Source: Takakia lepidozioides (Eukaryota > Plantae > Bryophyta). Taken from it: a DNA stretch of 64,000 nt. The stretch is from assembly GCA_030704615.1 (NCBI GenBank), contig CM060731.1, positions 61,938,001 to 62,002,000 of the forward strand. The letters are read 5' to 3'. This document shows positions 53,098-64,000 of the stretch, piece after piece. The notes under the pieces were generated by a model. That model saw only the letters and a program-made list of their open reading frames with translations, was not told where the DNA came from and made no database searches. How positions within the stretch are numbered: position 1 is the stretch's first letter; the number at the start of each line of letters is the position of its first letter. Both the position numbers and the translations under genes were made by a program.

Positions 53098-53500
53098 TCA
53101 CCAGTAATCCCCACAAGAACAAACCCCATCTTGGAAGTGGTGAAAGCGGTTTGCATCCCGTGCAACAATTGTTCGTGCAACAAGCTTTGAGATGAATTTG
53201 GTGGGCAGTCACCACAAACCGGAAGATTTTTGGTGATGTAGAGCGGCGTCCCAGGGGAAGTGCTCACTAGCCCAAAGGAAATGGTCACGTCTGTCCGGCA
53301 CTTATCCAGCCTCCCTTAAATGCAAGACAATCTCCTCCGCTTAGCATGTATTTTCTCAATTTGTGGATGTGATTTCTCATCTACACAGAACGCATGCACC
53401 TGGTTCTCCACCTCCCTGACTCCTTTCTCACACCTGCATCCTCCATCACCTTTCCTACCTTTGCTCGCAGCTTGGCAAGACTTAGGCCCTCGGTAGATAG
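53098..53500 (-). pseudogene. E2-DYW domain remnant
   Basis: EVENQVHAFCVDEKSHPQIEKIHA...[26 protein letters not shown]...[20 protein letters not shown]; the HSEKL segment is deleted; frameshifts. Confidence 0.85.
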
Positions 53501-53544
53501 GTGTCTGTCTTCGAAGAACTCTGGGGACAATGCAGGATGCGGGG

Positions 53545-53833
53545 CAGTGTTTTTCTTTCTGGCGAAAAATCGACCTGGAAACTACGTCAGCTACTTGTAC
53601 AAAGGAATTATGGGGGGTATAATCTGACTTTTTCGCCAAAAAGCAGCAGCAGATCAATCTCGGGGGCTTAATCTTGCCGACGTGGACTAGTTATAACGTG
53701 ACACCTGGAATATAGCCACTTTTCCAACTATGCTACCTCGATATTCTCGCCACATGGCACTGGATAGAATTTACAGGTGGCCCCGCCGGCAATTTTAGAA
53801 ATATGAAAAAAAATCACTGCTTGGATCCTACTG
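53545..53833. mobile_element. hAT-like MITE
   Basis: Starts CAGTGTTTTT, has AAAAAATCACTG near the right end and terminal ACTG; 8-bp TSD ATGCGGGG at 53537-53544 and 53834-53841. Confidence 0.8.
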
Positions 53834-53880
53834 ATGCGGGGACATCATCATCTCTTCCCCGCGCTACACAGCAAGACACC

Positions 53881-54024
53881 TTTCGGGCATTTTGGGCAGG
53901 TTCCAAAGAAATTGACGACGACAATGACCTGGCTACCATGACGTGGCGACGATGACGTGGCACTAGGGCACCCTATTCCTGCTCTACGCTAAACTAGCTT
54001 CCGACCTTCGGTCCTCGCTAGAAT
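53881..54024 (+). repeat. Direct repeat ending in hairpin plus CTAG, copy 2
   Basis: Matches 49789-49931; ACGTGGC at 53941 and 53955. Confidence 0.6.
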
Positions 54025-54645
54025 TAGCGTCATCTTCAACATCACTAGAAAGAAAGAAGCAACGAATTATACAGATCGCCTGCAACGCAACCCAGATTAT
54101 CACAGGATTATCACGCTCGTTCACGGAATCGGATTCTCCGTACTCCATCTTCTCCATAGCTTCATACTTCAAACTTTCATACTTTAAGCTTCATACTCGT
54201 TCATAATCCCGTTCATTCTTGGTCACATTCTTGGTCATATTTCTACAATTCATGCTGATGAATCACAGGCTGTTTTGTCTGTCAAGAGTGCGTGTTTGGT
54301 TATGGTGTCACCTGACCCTAATCACTTAAGGTGTGGGTCTCTTCCTATTTCTTCGCGAGTGGTTGAACGCAATGATATCTGAGGACAGACCTCTTTTCCA
54401 TCGGGACTAATTACCAATCTTGAGAGATGGGCAGTTGCAGTTAAATGCCTGTGAGAGAGTTAGAAGAACTTTTTTCCAGCCATTTCAACCCATGTTAGTT
54501 TCCTACAAGGCAATTGAATTTTGATAAGTTCTTTTTCCAGGTGGGAGGGGATTCAAGCACTCGGATTGTCTCACTTCAAGCTTCTGAAGAGACTTTGCTG
54601 CGAGTGAGTGTGAGGCAGCTTATAAGGTTGAACAAAGTAGCGTAG

Positions 54646-54729
54646 GTGAAAACAGGGAGCCTGGTGGACGTGTTTCACATTGATGATTTACTGGATTTCT
54701 CTAATGAAGATACTGCCGGGCCAATAGGG
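54646..54729 (+). pseudogene. GATA transcription factor (subfamily A) N-terminal acidic motif fragment
   Basis: Translates as VKTGSLVDVFHIDDLLDFSNEDTAGPIG; no zinc finger found downstream. Confidence 0.55.
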
Positions 54730-56893
54730 GAAGGAAGTATATTGGCAATTGCAACTGGCAGACAAAGTAGCAATTGGATCGTGAGACGCTCAGAGTTAAT
54801 CTGAATATTGAAGCTGGCCGGAACTCAGAGGCTGGCGTTGAGAATCAGCAGAAGGGCGTCATGACTCCTTCCACAGTCTTTCTGAGCAAACCTTCAAGGC
54901 TTGCAATTGATACAGTAAGTGAGGTGCTTTGGCTGTTAAAATTGATATTTAGTTTGTGTATGGCAAGGGCCTTAGTGCAGAAGTGACATGCAACTGAGGA
55001 TGGATTATGTCTAAGAAATAACAGCAGAAGTTTGAAAGGCAAAGCAAATTTCACTGTGTGCTCCAGCAGGTCCGTAGTGAACTCATGAGACAGTCAGAAT
55101 TTTTCAGGAAAATGCCACCACCAGCAACACTTACCATAATGTCATGTTCAGCAGCAAATTGGTACAAGCCTAACGACGAGGACATTTTGTAATTTGCTTA
55201 CACTTCCTGGCATTTCCCACAATTTAAAGCCCTCCAGCTCGCCCCACCCAGCAGTTTCCACCCTGTCTGAGAGGCTAGCTGCAACAGAAATTGAAGAGGG
55301 AAAGAACGTGCTTGTTGGTTTCGCTTGACTCTTCTGTGACCAGGTGGAGAGATGATAATGTATGGATGAGTCTTATGCTGTGAAACCATGAGAAGCGCAT
55401 GATGATAAAGGGAGAGGTAGAAACATATGGACGTATATGTTCCTCTATTCGTCAGGAACTTCCTATTTTCTCTAAGAAATAGGATAGTGCAGTAACCTAA
55501 GGTTGGAGGATCCCATGTACTCTTGCAAAATCTCCAAATAGCTGTTCTCACTGATCATATTGTCGTTTCTCTGCTGCAGGGCCTGCTAACTACCATAACT
55601 GTTACCACCTACTGTAGCTGGAAACGGATGACTTAAGGCTTATATTTTATACTGGCAGTTGCAATGTCGAAGACAGGATAGACTGTCTGTCTCTACAGTG
55701 TGCTTCATTTCACTCTTGTAAATTCTCCGTCACTCACCCTGGCAAACAGGTAGTATTCACGATAATACTCCTCCTGCAATCATCTATAGATGTGTTCACC
55801 CTAAATTCTACTTCGATAACTTCATCCAGATTAAAAGACATACCCTGATGGTCATCTCTGCCAGTTGGCCAACAAAATGGTGAAACTACAGATGTGGCTA
55901 GCTTCTCTCCCTCTGTTATATATTTCTTGCTCTAGATATTATTTACCACAAGATGGTCCCCTCTGTTATAAATTTCCTGCTCTAGATATTATCTACCATA
56001 AGATGGTCCAAGTTCTTAAGGCGATACAAGGCTGAAACCACAAATCCCAAAGTTTTCACCTCTCCAAAAAATGAAGCACCGACCGCTTCCTCTCCTGATC
56101 TCCCTATCGATCGCACCCACACGTACATATTTTTTAGGGTGTTTGTAAGCTTCCAGGCTGGGCTTAAGACGTTTTCAACCATTCAGCATCCCCACCAAAA
56201 CATCATAATATTTTAACTTTACGTAAAACTATTGAGACCCTGGCAATGAAATGTGCGTCGGGGGCGCTTTGTGGAGATAGGGATTCCACCATGTAGTGCA
56301 TGCTCTTCTGTCAAGGAGGTTTAATGGAAGGTGCTGTCTAATGAAACAGACAGTTCTCATTTTCAGCGCTACCAATAGCACAACGCAGCTACACAGCAGT
56401 CAAGCCTGAATCATATTGCCAGGCCCCTTTCTTTGCAAGTCCACAACTAAACAATCGCAATGATGCCGCCCGCACACAACATTCCTTCTTCACATCCATT
56501 GCAACGATTTACAAAAAGTTCAGTTCTTGGATCACGGAGGCACAGGTCAAGAAACAAACTCACACTCCATTTCTCAAACGATGTGTGCAGAAGTAATATC
56601 CATCCGGATTGAAGTTCACGATAAACATTCAAGTAGTATCAGAGGTCCCACGCTTTCTGCTGAAGAGAAACGTACTGCAACCAAAGTAATATCGCTAGCC
56701 TATTAACAGGTAAGGCAGTATGCTTCGATACTGCAGTTCAACTCCACCTGCTGGTAACAACATCTTCGCCTTCGCTGAAGCTCAGATCCGACCGCCCACA
56801 GTACCATGTATCCATGCACTATACTTATATCATCAGCCGGGAAGACCTTCGTTCCCCGGCTAAATTCGCAGAAGTGTGCGAGCACAAATGCAT

Positions 56894-57313
56894 TCAAGGG
56901 AACGTGAAAGCTGCACAATGAAAACGACAACCATGAATGAATCAATGTCTGTGATGAGAAGCCCTCTCGAAGATCCAAGTCGCCGTAGGAACAGAATAAG
57001 AGCACTTACCTCCGCACCGATGGCCTGTAAGATCGTAGCGCTTGCAATCCTTTGGTAGACGAATGGCGTTGTTAACCCATGACTGTGGGACGCCGGATGC
57101 GGCGTTAGCATGGGAACACAGACAGCCAACATCAAGGGACTTCACTATCAGGCAGCATGCCTGAGTCACAGGGGCCCCTTGTTCCACAGTACCGAGACAT
57201 GGCGACATCTGCTGATACAGGGCACCCACGGTGCAAGCATAAGCGTCGGCGTTGGCCGCCATAGCCAAGACCACGAAGAGGCAAAGCCCAAGAGAAGCGA
57301 TCTTTGCTTCCAT
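56894..57313 (-). CDS. Non-specific lipid-transfer protein, type D (106 aa); exons 57313-57010 and 56910-56894
   Basis: Signal peptide MEAKIASLGLCLFVVLAMAANADA, eight-Cys motif C..C..CC..CLC..C..C, GT-AG intron 4 nt after the last Cys codon, ending CGAFTFP*; no GPI tail. Confidence 0.9.
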
Positions 57314-57422
57314 CTCTGCTTGGGAATTATCACGAGTGAACGATTTCCTGGTGAAGACAGACAACGTAGTCTGAGGAGGAGTATGCAAACTAGACTGGGA
57401 TTGTAAGTTGGGAGTGCGGTGC

Positions 57423-57431
57423 TTATATATA
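57423..57431 (-). promoter_or_regulatory. TATA box of the nsLTP gene
   Basis: TATATATAA on the minus strand about 110 nt upstream of the ATG. Confidence 0.6.
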
Positions 57432-57567
57432 CAATGCAGCGCTCAAGAGCTTGCCAGAGTTCCCAGTCGCCCACATGCGGCCTACCCACGGTGGCGGTAA
57501 TGCGAGTTGAAACACACCATCACGGCCATTACTGCTATGGTCCTAAATGGGAGGAGAAGTTCGTGAA

Positions 57568-57854
57568 TAGTAATGAAACAAAGGTGGTGCAGTAATCAGC
57601 CATCAAAGCCTTGCATTGACCTTTTACATTTTGCAATCATGTCGTCGAGAATGGACATACGAGACATACAACCATTGGAGACTCGAATGGCAAGTAAGTG
57701 TCCGCATTCACAGCCTACATACCTACCCAGCCTTCCGTCAAACCGATCTTCTGACTCCAGTAAGTGGGCTGAAGCAGACAGGCTTTCGGTGTACACGCAG
57801 TGTGTAAGAAACTGACACAAGTGCGACATTGGTGGGCCCTAGGACCACTGAATA
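57568..57854 (+). repeat. nsLTP upstream segment duplicated at 16897-17173
   Basis: Direct alignment by eye. Confidence 0.9.
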
Positions 57855-58759
57855 TCACCACCGACCTACGCGGCCACTAATCACAGTTAGTTATGCACTC
57901 TGCCTGCAGAGATGGCCTTTAAAGTCAGTTCAATGCGGCGAGAAGTGGGTCTCTCCATCTATAGATCGATCTGATCGTGCAAGTCTGTATACAATATGTG
58001 AAGAAACTGTGTGTGCAAATCAGAATTAACTTATGAGTTCCGGTGGTGGTAAGAGGCAGGAGAACATAACATCTGTCTGTCAAAGTCGGAAACCATGGTT
58101 TTGGGCCCAAGCGATCCGCCCTGTCATAAACCTTTGGTATCGAGTATCTATTGTCCTGGCTAGACTGATGCCAAAACTTGGCTGCCACGAATATGTGTTA
58201 GCTGATGACAGCAGACTCTGCACAGGAATGGGTATTCTCAGAAGCTGCCAGTGCCATCAATGCCCACCGCGGTGCTGTAGCCTCGTACTCTGACATGCAC
58301 TCACACCTACCCTGCAACACAGAGATCTGGGCGGCCGAGGAGAGCCCCTTCCTGGTAACCAGGCTCTTACGGTGACTAGGTGAATCCTACCTCCCTTATA
58401 TCGGGGTTTCCTTTAATAGTGAGTTGTGATATGGATTTTTACAGAGAGGTTTTGAGAATTTCCCTTATACTCTAGGGAATAGGAAGGGATTCCTTGAAGT
58501 TGCCTACAAAGGAAGAATCTGGTGAGGGGATCTTGCATTATCAAATGAGCAGCCTAAAAAATTTCCATATCGAGATCCTGAAACTTGGAAATTCATGGGA
58601 CATTTCAGCTAAATGCAGCACAAGGAGCTTTAGAGAAACGGAGAGATGGCTCCCTTCCTCCTGCCCTCTACACTCACTCCACATTTAGGAATAAAAGACA
58701 AATGACTAAGTGAATTAAATGGATGCATGGTTGGTGTTAGTTGCTATCGACTTAAAAAC

Positions 58760-59249
58760 TGAGCTTCCCCTCCACACCTAGATTCACAATGACACATCAA
58801 GAGAAATTTTGGAAATGGAGCAAGAGCCCGGAGGAGAACCCACATCGATGCAGCTGCGTCTATGAGTATGGTGCAAGCTTCATAGCCCACATTTGATACA
58901 GCTACGCAATCCAGCGGGGTATGTGACGGGACTATTGTTGAGGTATAGAACACAGCCACTTTGAGACTTAAGATCCTGTAAGTCCCAGCAAAATCCGCAT
59001 CAGCAAAAGCCTTCAAAGTATTATGTCCATCACCTCTTGAGTATTCAAGACTATAATGTGCAGTACCGCGAAGATACTACAAAATGCGTTTGATGGTTGT
59101 GCAATGAATCAGTCTTGGATTCTGAGAGAACTTCGATGCCATACTAACAGCATATGATAGGTCAGGTCTTGACCCTATCATGGCAAACATAACACTTCCC
59201 AAAATCTCTTGATAAGAGAAGTCTGGGTCTGGAAAATTTTCGTCTGTAC
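58760..59249 (-). mobile_element. Ty1/Copia RT-RNase H fragment with probable PPT; LTR-like sequence likely extends leftwards
   Basis: YQEILGSVMFAMIGSRPDLSYAVSMASKFSQNP...KRIL*YLRGT...LKAFADADFAG; purine tract GGAGGGGAAG near 58764-58773 on the minus strand. Confidence 0.85.
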
Positions 59250-60070
59250 CACTAGAGGAAAAATGCGGAATAACCACTCTTAGCAACCACTCATTTTGAG
59301 TGGAAAAAGACACCCAACCACTGTGGCATGACCACTGGTATAGAACCAGTGGATCTTGACTCAGCAGTGATTAAAGACATGATGTGTCCGAAGTGGTTAA
59401 CGACAGTGGTTACGATCGCTTGCCTCCGAGTCCAGCTGTTCGCTGACATGTCACAGTGGTAAAATAACCACTTGTGACGTATCACAGTGGTAAGCCAAGA
59501 CACGTCTAACATGTCATAGTGGTAAACTAACCACTTCAGAACATAGACCACTTCCACCGTATGCGACGTGGACGCAGCAACTCCGTCGATCATACTTAGC
59601 AATGGACGGACACGTGTCCGTATCCATATGGACACGTGGCCGAATCCAGTTAGACGATTATGGGCTCCATTATCTGGACGCGTGGCGATATTACAAATGA
59701 GCACGTGCCCTATTTTAGGGATGTGTTGAAAAATGCAATGACTTCCCAAACAACTTTGTGAGTGAGACTTAAATGACTCTAATAGTCATGATTCGAGAAT
59801 AAACAATGTATATTATCACTAAATGTGTGGTTCTAATAGTATTGATAAGTGCTAAAACCACTTACTGAGTGGTTCTACCAGTATCAATGTAGTGGTTAGG
59901 TTGTGTGCTAAAACCACTGACGAAGTCATCCAGTGCGTCCCACCAAGTAAGAACCATGTTTTTAAACTATTACTACTAGAGTGGTATATAAGTGATTGAG
60001 ACTACATTTGGAGGAGTACAACCACTCTTGCATATTGTCACAGTCTTACATATACCACTGACAGAGCAGT
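59250..60070. mobile_element. CACTA-like element end interrupting the Copia fragment
   Basis: Starts CACTAGAGGAAAAA exactly where Copia homology stops; more than 15 AACCACT/AGTGGT subterminal motifs in both orientations; right TIR not identified. Confidence 0.65.
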
Positions 60071-60969
60071 GTAAGTGATTCATACATTCCCATATAATTC
60101 TCTACAATTCACATACATTCGAAATGAATCTGCAAATCCAAATATTCTTGAAGATTCACCATTCAAAAAAAATAGAATCCAAGACAGTAAGTGTTGGAAC
60201 AGAGTCAACAAAATCCAGCCATGATAAAGGATGACACTATCTACACTACGTCTCCGCAGGCATGCTAAAAGCCATGAACTACTTTCTGTCTTTTGGTCAG
60301 TGATAGACATCTACCCATGCAAGTTTCTTGTAACTATTGATCCACAGGGAATCATAGATAACCTTATGCTTGAAATCCGGCCCTCTTGGATGAATCTGGA
60401 CCCACACTCCATCCCTGCTCCTTCAGCTATCCATGCCTCTGCACAAACCATGCATACATCCTTGCCTTGCCGCTAGCAGCTTACAATGACAGCCTACATC
60501 AGTTCTAGGAAACACCCAACTCAACTTATCACTCTAGTTCTTATGCTCAATTGCATCTACTACTCTTTGTAATCCATGGATAACTGAAGGTCCAGATTCA
60601 TCCAAGAGGGCCAGATTTCAGCAATAGGGTATGTCACCCTACAAATCGGACATTCATCTTTGGCATGCTGCTAGCAGCTGACAATGACAGCCTACAGTTG
60701 TTCCAGCAAACACCCCAACCCTACTTATCATACTAGTTCCTATGCTCAATTGCATCTGCTACTCTCTATAATCCAAGAGGCATTCACCTTCTTGCCTCGA
60801 TCGTCCCACCATTGACTGGGGTCAGAAAAGTATTTCATTCCATAGCTTCTCCTTATCTCTGTTACCTGTTTCTGGATACTTTCTGTTGTCACATTGGCAG
60901 TATCATGTCAGTCACTCCAAACTATCAAAGGTTCACTCAACCAACTAACTTGCAGAATTCAACATGGTC

Positions 60970-62310
60970 GATTCTAATAAGAAGGAAAAACATGGTGGAA
61001 TGTATTGAAGAAGGTGCCTTCATTAGCAGTGCCTGATTTTATCAATTGTGCCACTACTGCTGCAGCTTCTAATTGACCATCTACCCATGCAAGTTGGTAG
61101 TAGATATTGATCCACAAAGAATCATAGGTAATCTGGAGCTTGCACACAAACGTGATGCGGTTGGGCTTCACCCCTTCCCCCATCATTTGCTCATAGGTCT
61201 CCAAAGCCTCCATTCCATGCCCCTGCTGTGCACACCCTACAAGCATCGCACTCCACGACACCACATCTCGTTCAGACATAGTATTGAAAACTCCATTGGC
61301 ATCCTCAATGCTCCCACATTTGGCATACATGTCCACCAGAGCAGTGTTCAGGATAACATCTGGTACAATTGCAGATATGATGATGTCACCATTGATCTCT
61401 TTGCCCTTTTCTAGGTCTTCCAGACGCACTGCAAATCGCACACAAACGTTATGTCGGCGGGCTTCACCCCTTCCCCCATCATTTGCTCATAGGTCTCCGA
61501 AGCCTCCATCCCGCACCCCTGCTGTGCATACCCTACGAGCATTGCACTCCACGACATCACATCTCGTTCAGCCATAGTGTTGAACACTCTCTTGGCATTC
61601 TCGATGCACCCACATTTGGCCTACATGTCCACCAGGGCAGAGACAGTGTTCATAATGACATCTGATAATCTGACAAGCATTCACCATTTTGCCTCGGTTG
61701 TCCCACCATTGACTGGGGTCAGTAAAGTATTCATTCCACAGCTTCTCCTCGTCTCAGCTGTTACATGTTTCTGGATACCTCCCTGTTGTCACATTGGCAG
61801 TACCATGTCAAAGTCGCTCCAAACTATCAAAGGCTCACTCAACCAGCTAACTTGCAGAATTCAATGTAAAAATCTAGGGCCGCTTCTGATAAGAGGGAAA
61901 AACATGGTGAAATGTGTTGAAGAATGTGCCTTCATTACCAGTGCCTAAGTTTTTCATTGTGCCGCTGCTACTGCGGCTTCTAGTTGACCATCTACCCATG
62001 CAAGTTTCTTGTAGCTATTGATCCATCTGGTACATTTCCAGCTTTGGTGATGCAACCATGCACCTCCGATGCCCTTTTCTAGGGCTGCCAGGCTTGCACA
62101 CGCACTGCAAACGCACACAAACATGATGTGGTCGAACTTCACCCCTTCCCCCATCATTTGCTTTCAGGTCTCCAAAGCCCCATCCAGCCCCCCTGCTCTG
62201 CACACCCTGCAAGCATCACATTCCACAACACCACATCTCATTCAGCCACATTTAATATACATGTCCACCAGGGCAGGGGCAGTGTTCAGAATGACATCTG
62301 GTAATCTAAC
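60970..62310 (-). pseudogene. PLS-PPR fragments interleaved with copies of PPR leader sequence
   Basis: PDVILNTALVDMYAKCGSIEDANGVFNTMSERDVVSWSAMLVGCAQQGHGMEALETYEQMMGEGVKPN and similar fragments with frameshifts. Confidence 0.85.
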
Positions 62311-62329
62311 AAACATTCTCTTTTTAGAA

Positions 62330-64000
62330 TTGTTCCAGCAAATGCCCCAACCCTACTGACTTAGAGGCTGTAGTGTCCAAAGCCATGTCCGTTTCCAGAA
62401 AATTGTCTGATGAAAATGAAGTTAGGCAGAAAATTTCCCTGGACTTGTTTCCAGTCTGTGACATGGGGGAGGACATCATGGATGACCTCAAGGGTCTACC
62501 CACTCTCGGCACCAAACTGAATTTAAACTAAGGGCATGAAGAGGTCCATTGTAATCCTGAGCTGCAGCTAGGCCCGTCCTAAGGGACCAACGGCGGTTGA
62601 GGACGAGGCAAGCAGCTTATAGAGCAAGGGGAAATAAAGGTCATGGTGGAGGTCGCAACCAAAACCAAAGACAAGACCAAGATTAAGATCATGATCAAAG
62701 CATGGTGTAATGATTTGTTGAGGTACTGGAGCAACGACTTGCTGCCATGGACACTTCTCATGCAGTGCCAGCTCCAAGCCCTAAGATTCAAGCTTCACCT
62801 CCACAATAGTAGTAAGGAGATTAGAGTGGTATGAGCTTCACATATGGAGCCCAACTTGTAGGACCATTGCATGTGGATTCTGCATCTGTTGTCACTTGAG
62901 CAGCAACTCGTGCTCCTGAGCCAAGGGGAGCGGATGTGGATTTTGATCCACAAATGGGGGAAGCAAGTCAGCAGACAAGGCTTCCCCAGTCTTTTACATC
63001 TGACCTTAGATAGCATTCCAATGGACTTGGGCCAATTGACCTCCAAACCCGAAGTTAGGTAGAAAGAATTTAAAGAGGATAGGCTAGTGGTGACATTAGC
63101 AATAGAGGAGTTATTAACAACAAAACCGTATCGTTAGTATACATAGATGTCTTTATAGAGGGCGGGAGGTCAAAATGAGGGGGAGGGAGTGACAAACTAA
63201 TACTATTTCGTCTGGACCCAGACATACAGTCAAGGCCATCAACTACAATTAGGAAAAAAAAGGGCGCAAAAGCACAAGAGGACATCCTTGACAAACCAAA
63301 CGAAAGAGGGGAAATGAAGAAGAGATGACTCCATTCACCATACAAGATACTATCAAAGAATCATGCGACCTTTAAACAAAACCACTGTGATCCGCACCAA
63401 TAATAGAAGGGAGGATAGGTTGCAATCGCAGACAAAGCTTTTGCTATGATTTTATAAGAGGAATTTAGAAGAGTGATTGGCCTGTGATTGCTGATCGTAT
63501 CACGGTCTCCTTTTTTTGAAGATGAGTGTGATAATTAAGCCCTCACAATTGAGAGGGCATGATCCCTTTTAATAGAATGTCATTAGCCATTTAAGGAAAT
63601 CTGCACCCAACCTTGAGCCAAAGTTTTTAAGAAAATTCCACTAGAAAACCGGCACGTCCCGGCATTTTCAGAGGAGCCAAGGCTTTGATCACATCTCCCA
63701 ACTCCTCCATGGTAAAGGGAGCGTTCAAGGATTGTTGATGAGAAGCTGACAACAACAAGGAGGGTATACGGTCGAAAAATGCATTTCTAGCAGCAGAGTG
63801 AAAGGGGGGGGAGAAGTCAAGGTTGGACACTGAATAGTTTCCTGAAATGATCAGCTGCAGTATCTGAAGCCATGGTTCTAGGAAGGTAGAAGAGCCAAGA
63901 AAGAAGACTAGAGACAAAAAAAGGGATAAACAAGTCCGAGAGACCACAAGTTTATCAACCAAACAACATTCCGTCGAACATGAACGTAAGGAGCGACAGA
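62330..64000 (-). mobile_element. Decayed L1-like LINE ORF2 (RT region)
   Basis: LNAPFTMEELGDVIKALAPLKMPGRAGFLVEF, degenerate RPITL / YKI..KA, CAFAPFFFLIVVDGL, SMYTNDT (YADD-like); runs off the window end. Confidence 0.8.

Noticed and set aside
51300-56030. Short local duplications (about 22-35 bp at 51306-51383 and about 50-60 bp at 55909-56009) and assorted short ORFs at 51-53 kb and 55-56 kb
   Set aside because: Simple slippage duplications; the ORFs show no recognisable motif, so they were not annotated

Overview
Eukaryotic nuclear DNA from a non-seed land plant (bryophyte-like; inferred from the gene and transposon families). Apparently intact genes are: a 5'-truncated CMP-sialic-acid/nucleotide-sugar transporter-like gene (<1-4494, +, 11 exons), a six-exon SagB/ThcOx-like nitroreductase gene (22261-26609, -), a head-to-head PLS-class PPR-E1-E2-DYW C-to-U RNA-editing factor in a single ORF (27822-31343, +) and a type D non-specific lipid-transfer protein (56894-57313, -). 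The rest is a heavily rearranged accessory region. It holds a pseudogenised duplicate of the transporter whose junction suggests an old tandem segmental duplication, and many shuffled PPR/DYW remnants, including a tandem array of a new hybrid 37-aa PPR motif. It also holds a full-length decayed Tcn1-like chromovirus with a Tf1-style self-priming site and a -1 frameshift signal, and a Dualen/RandI-like RNase H-CCHC-RLE retroelement with an unusual A-B-A-B-A derivative. Further elements are a 133-bp hairpin-containing tandem array, hAT-like MITEs with 8-bp TSDs, tRNA-derived SINEs, L1, Copia and CACTA fragments, and orphan gene fragments (PAL exon, GATA factor N-terminal motif, SERAC1/HNL-like hydrolase). 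Exon boundaries and family assignments were read by eye without database searches.
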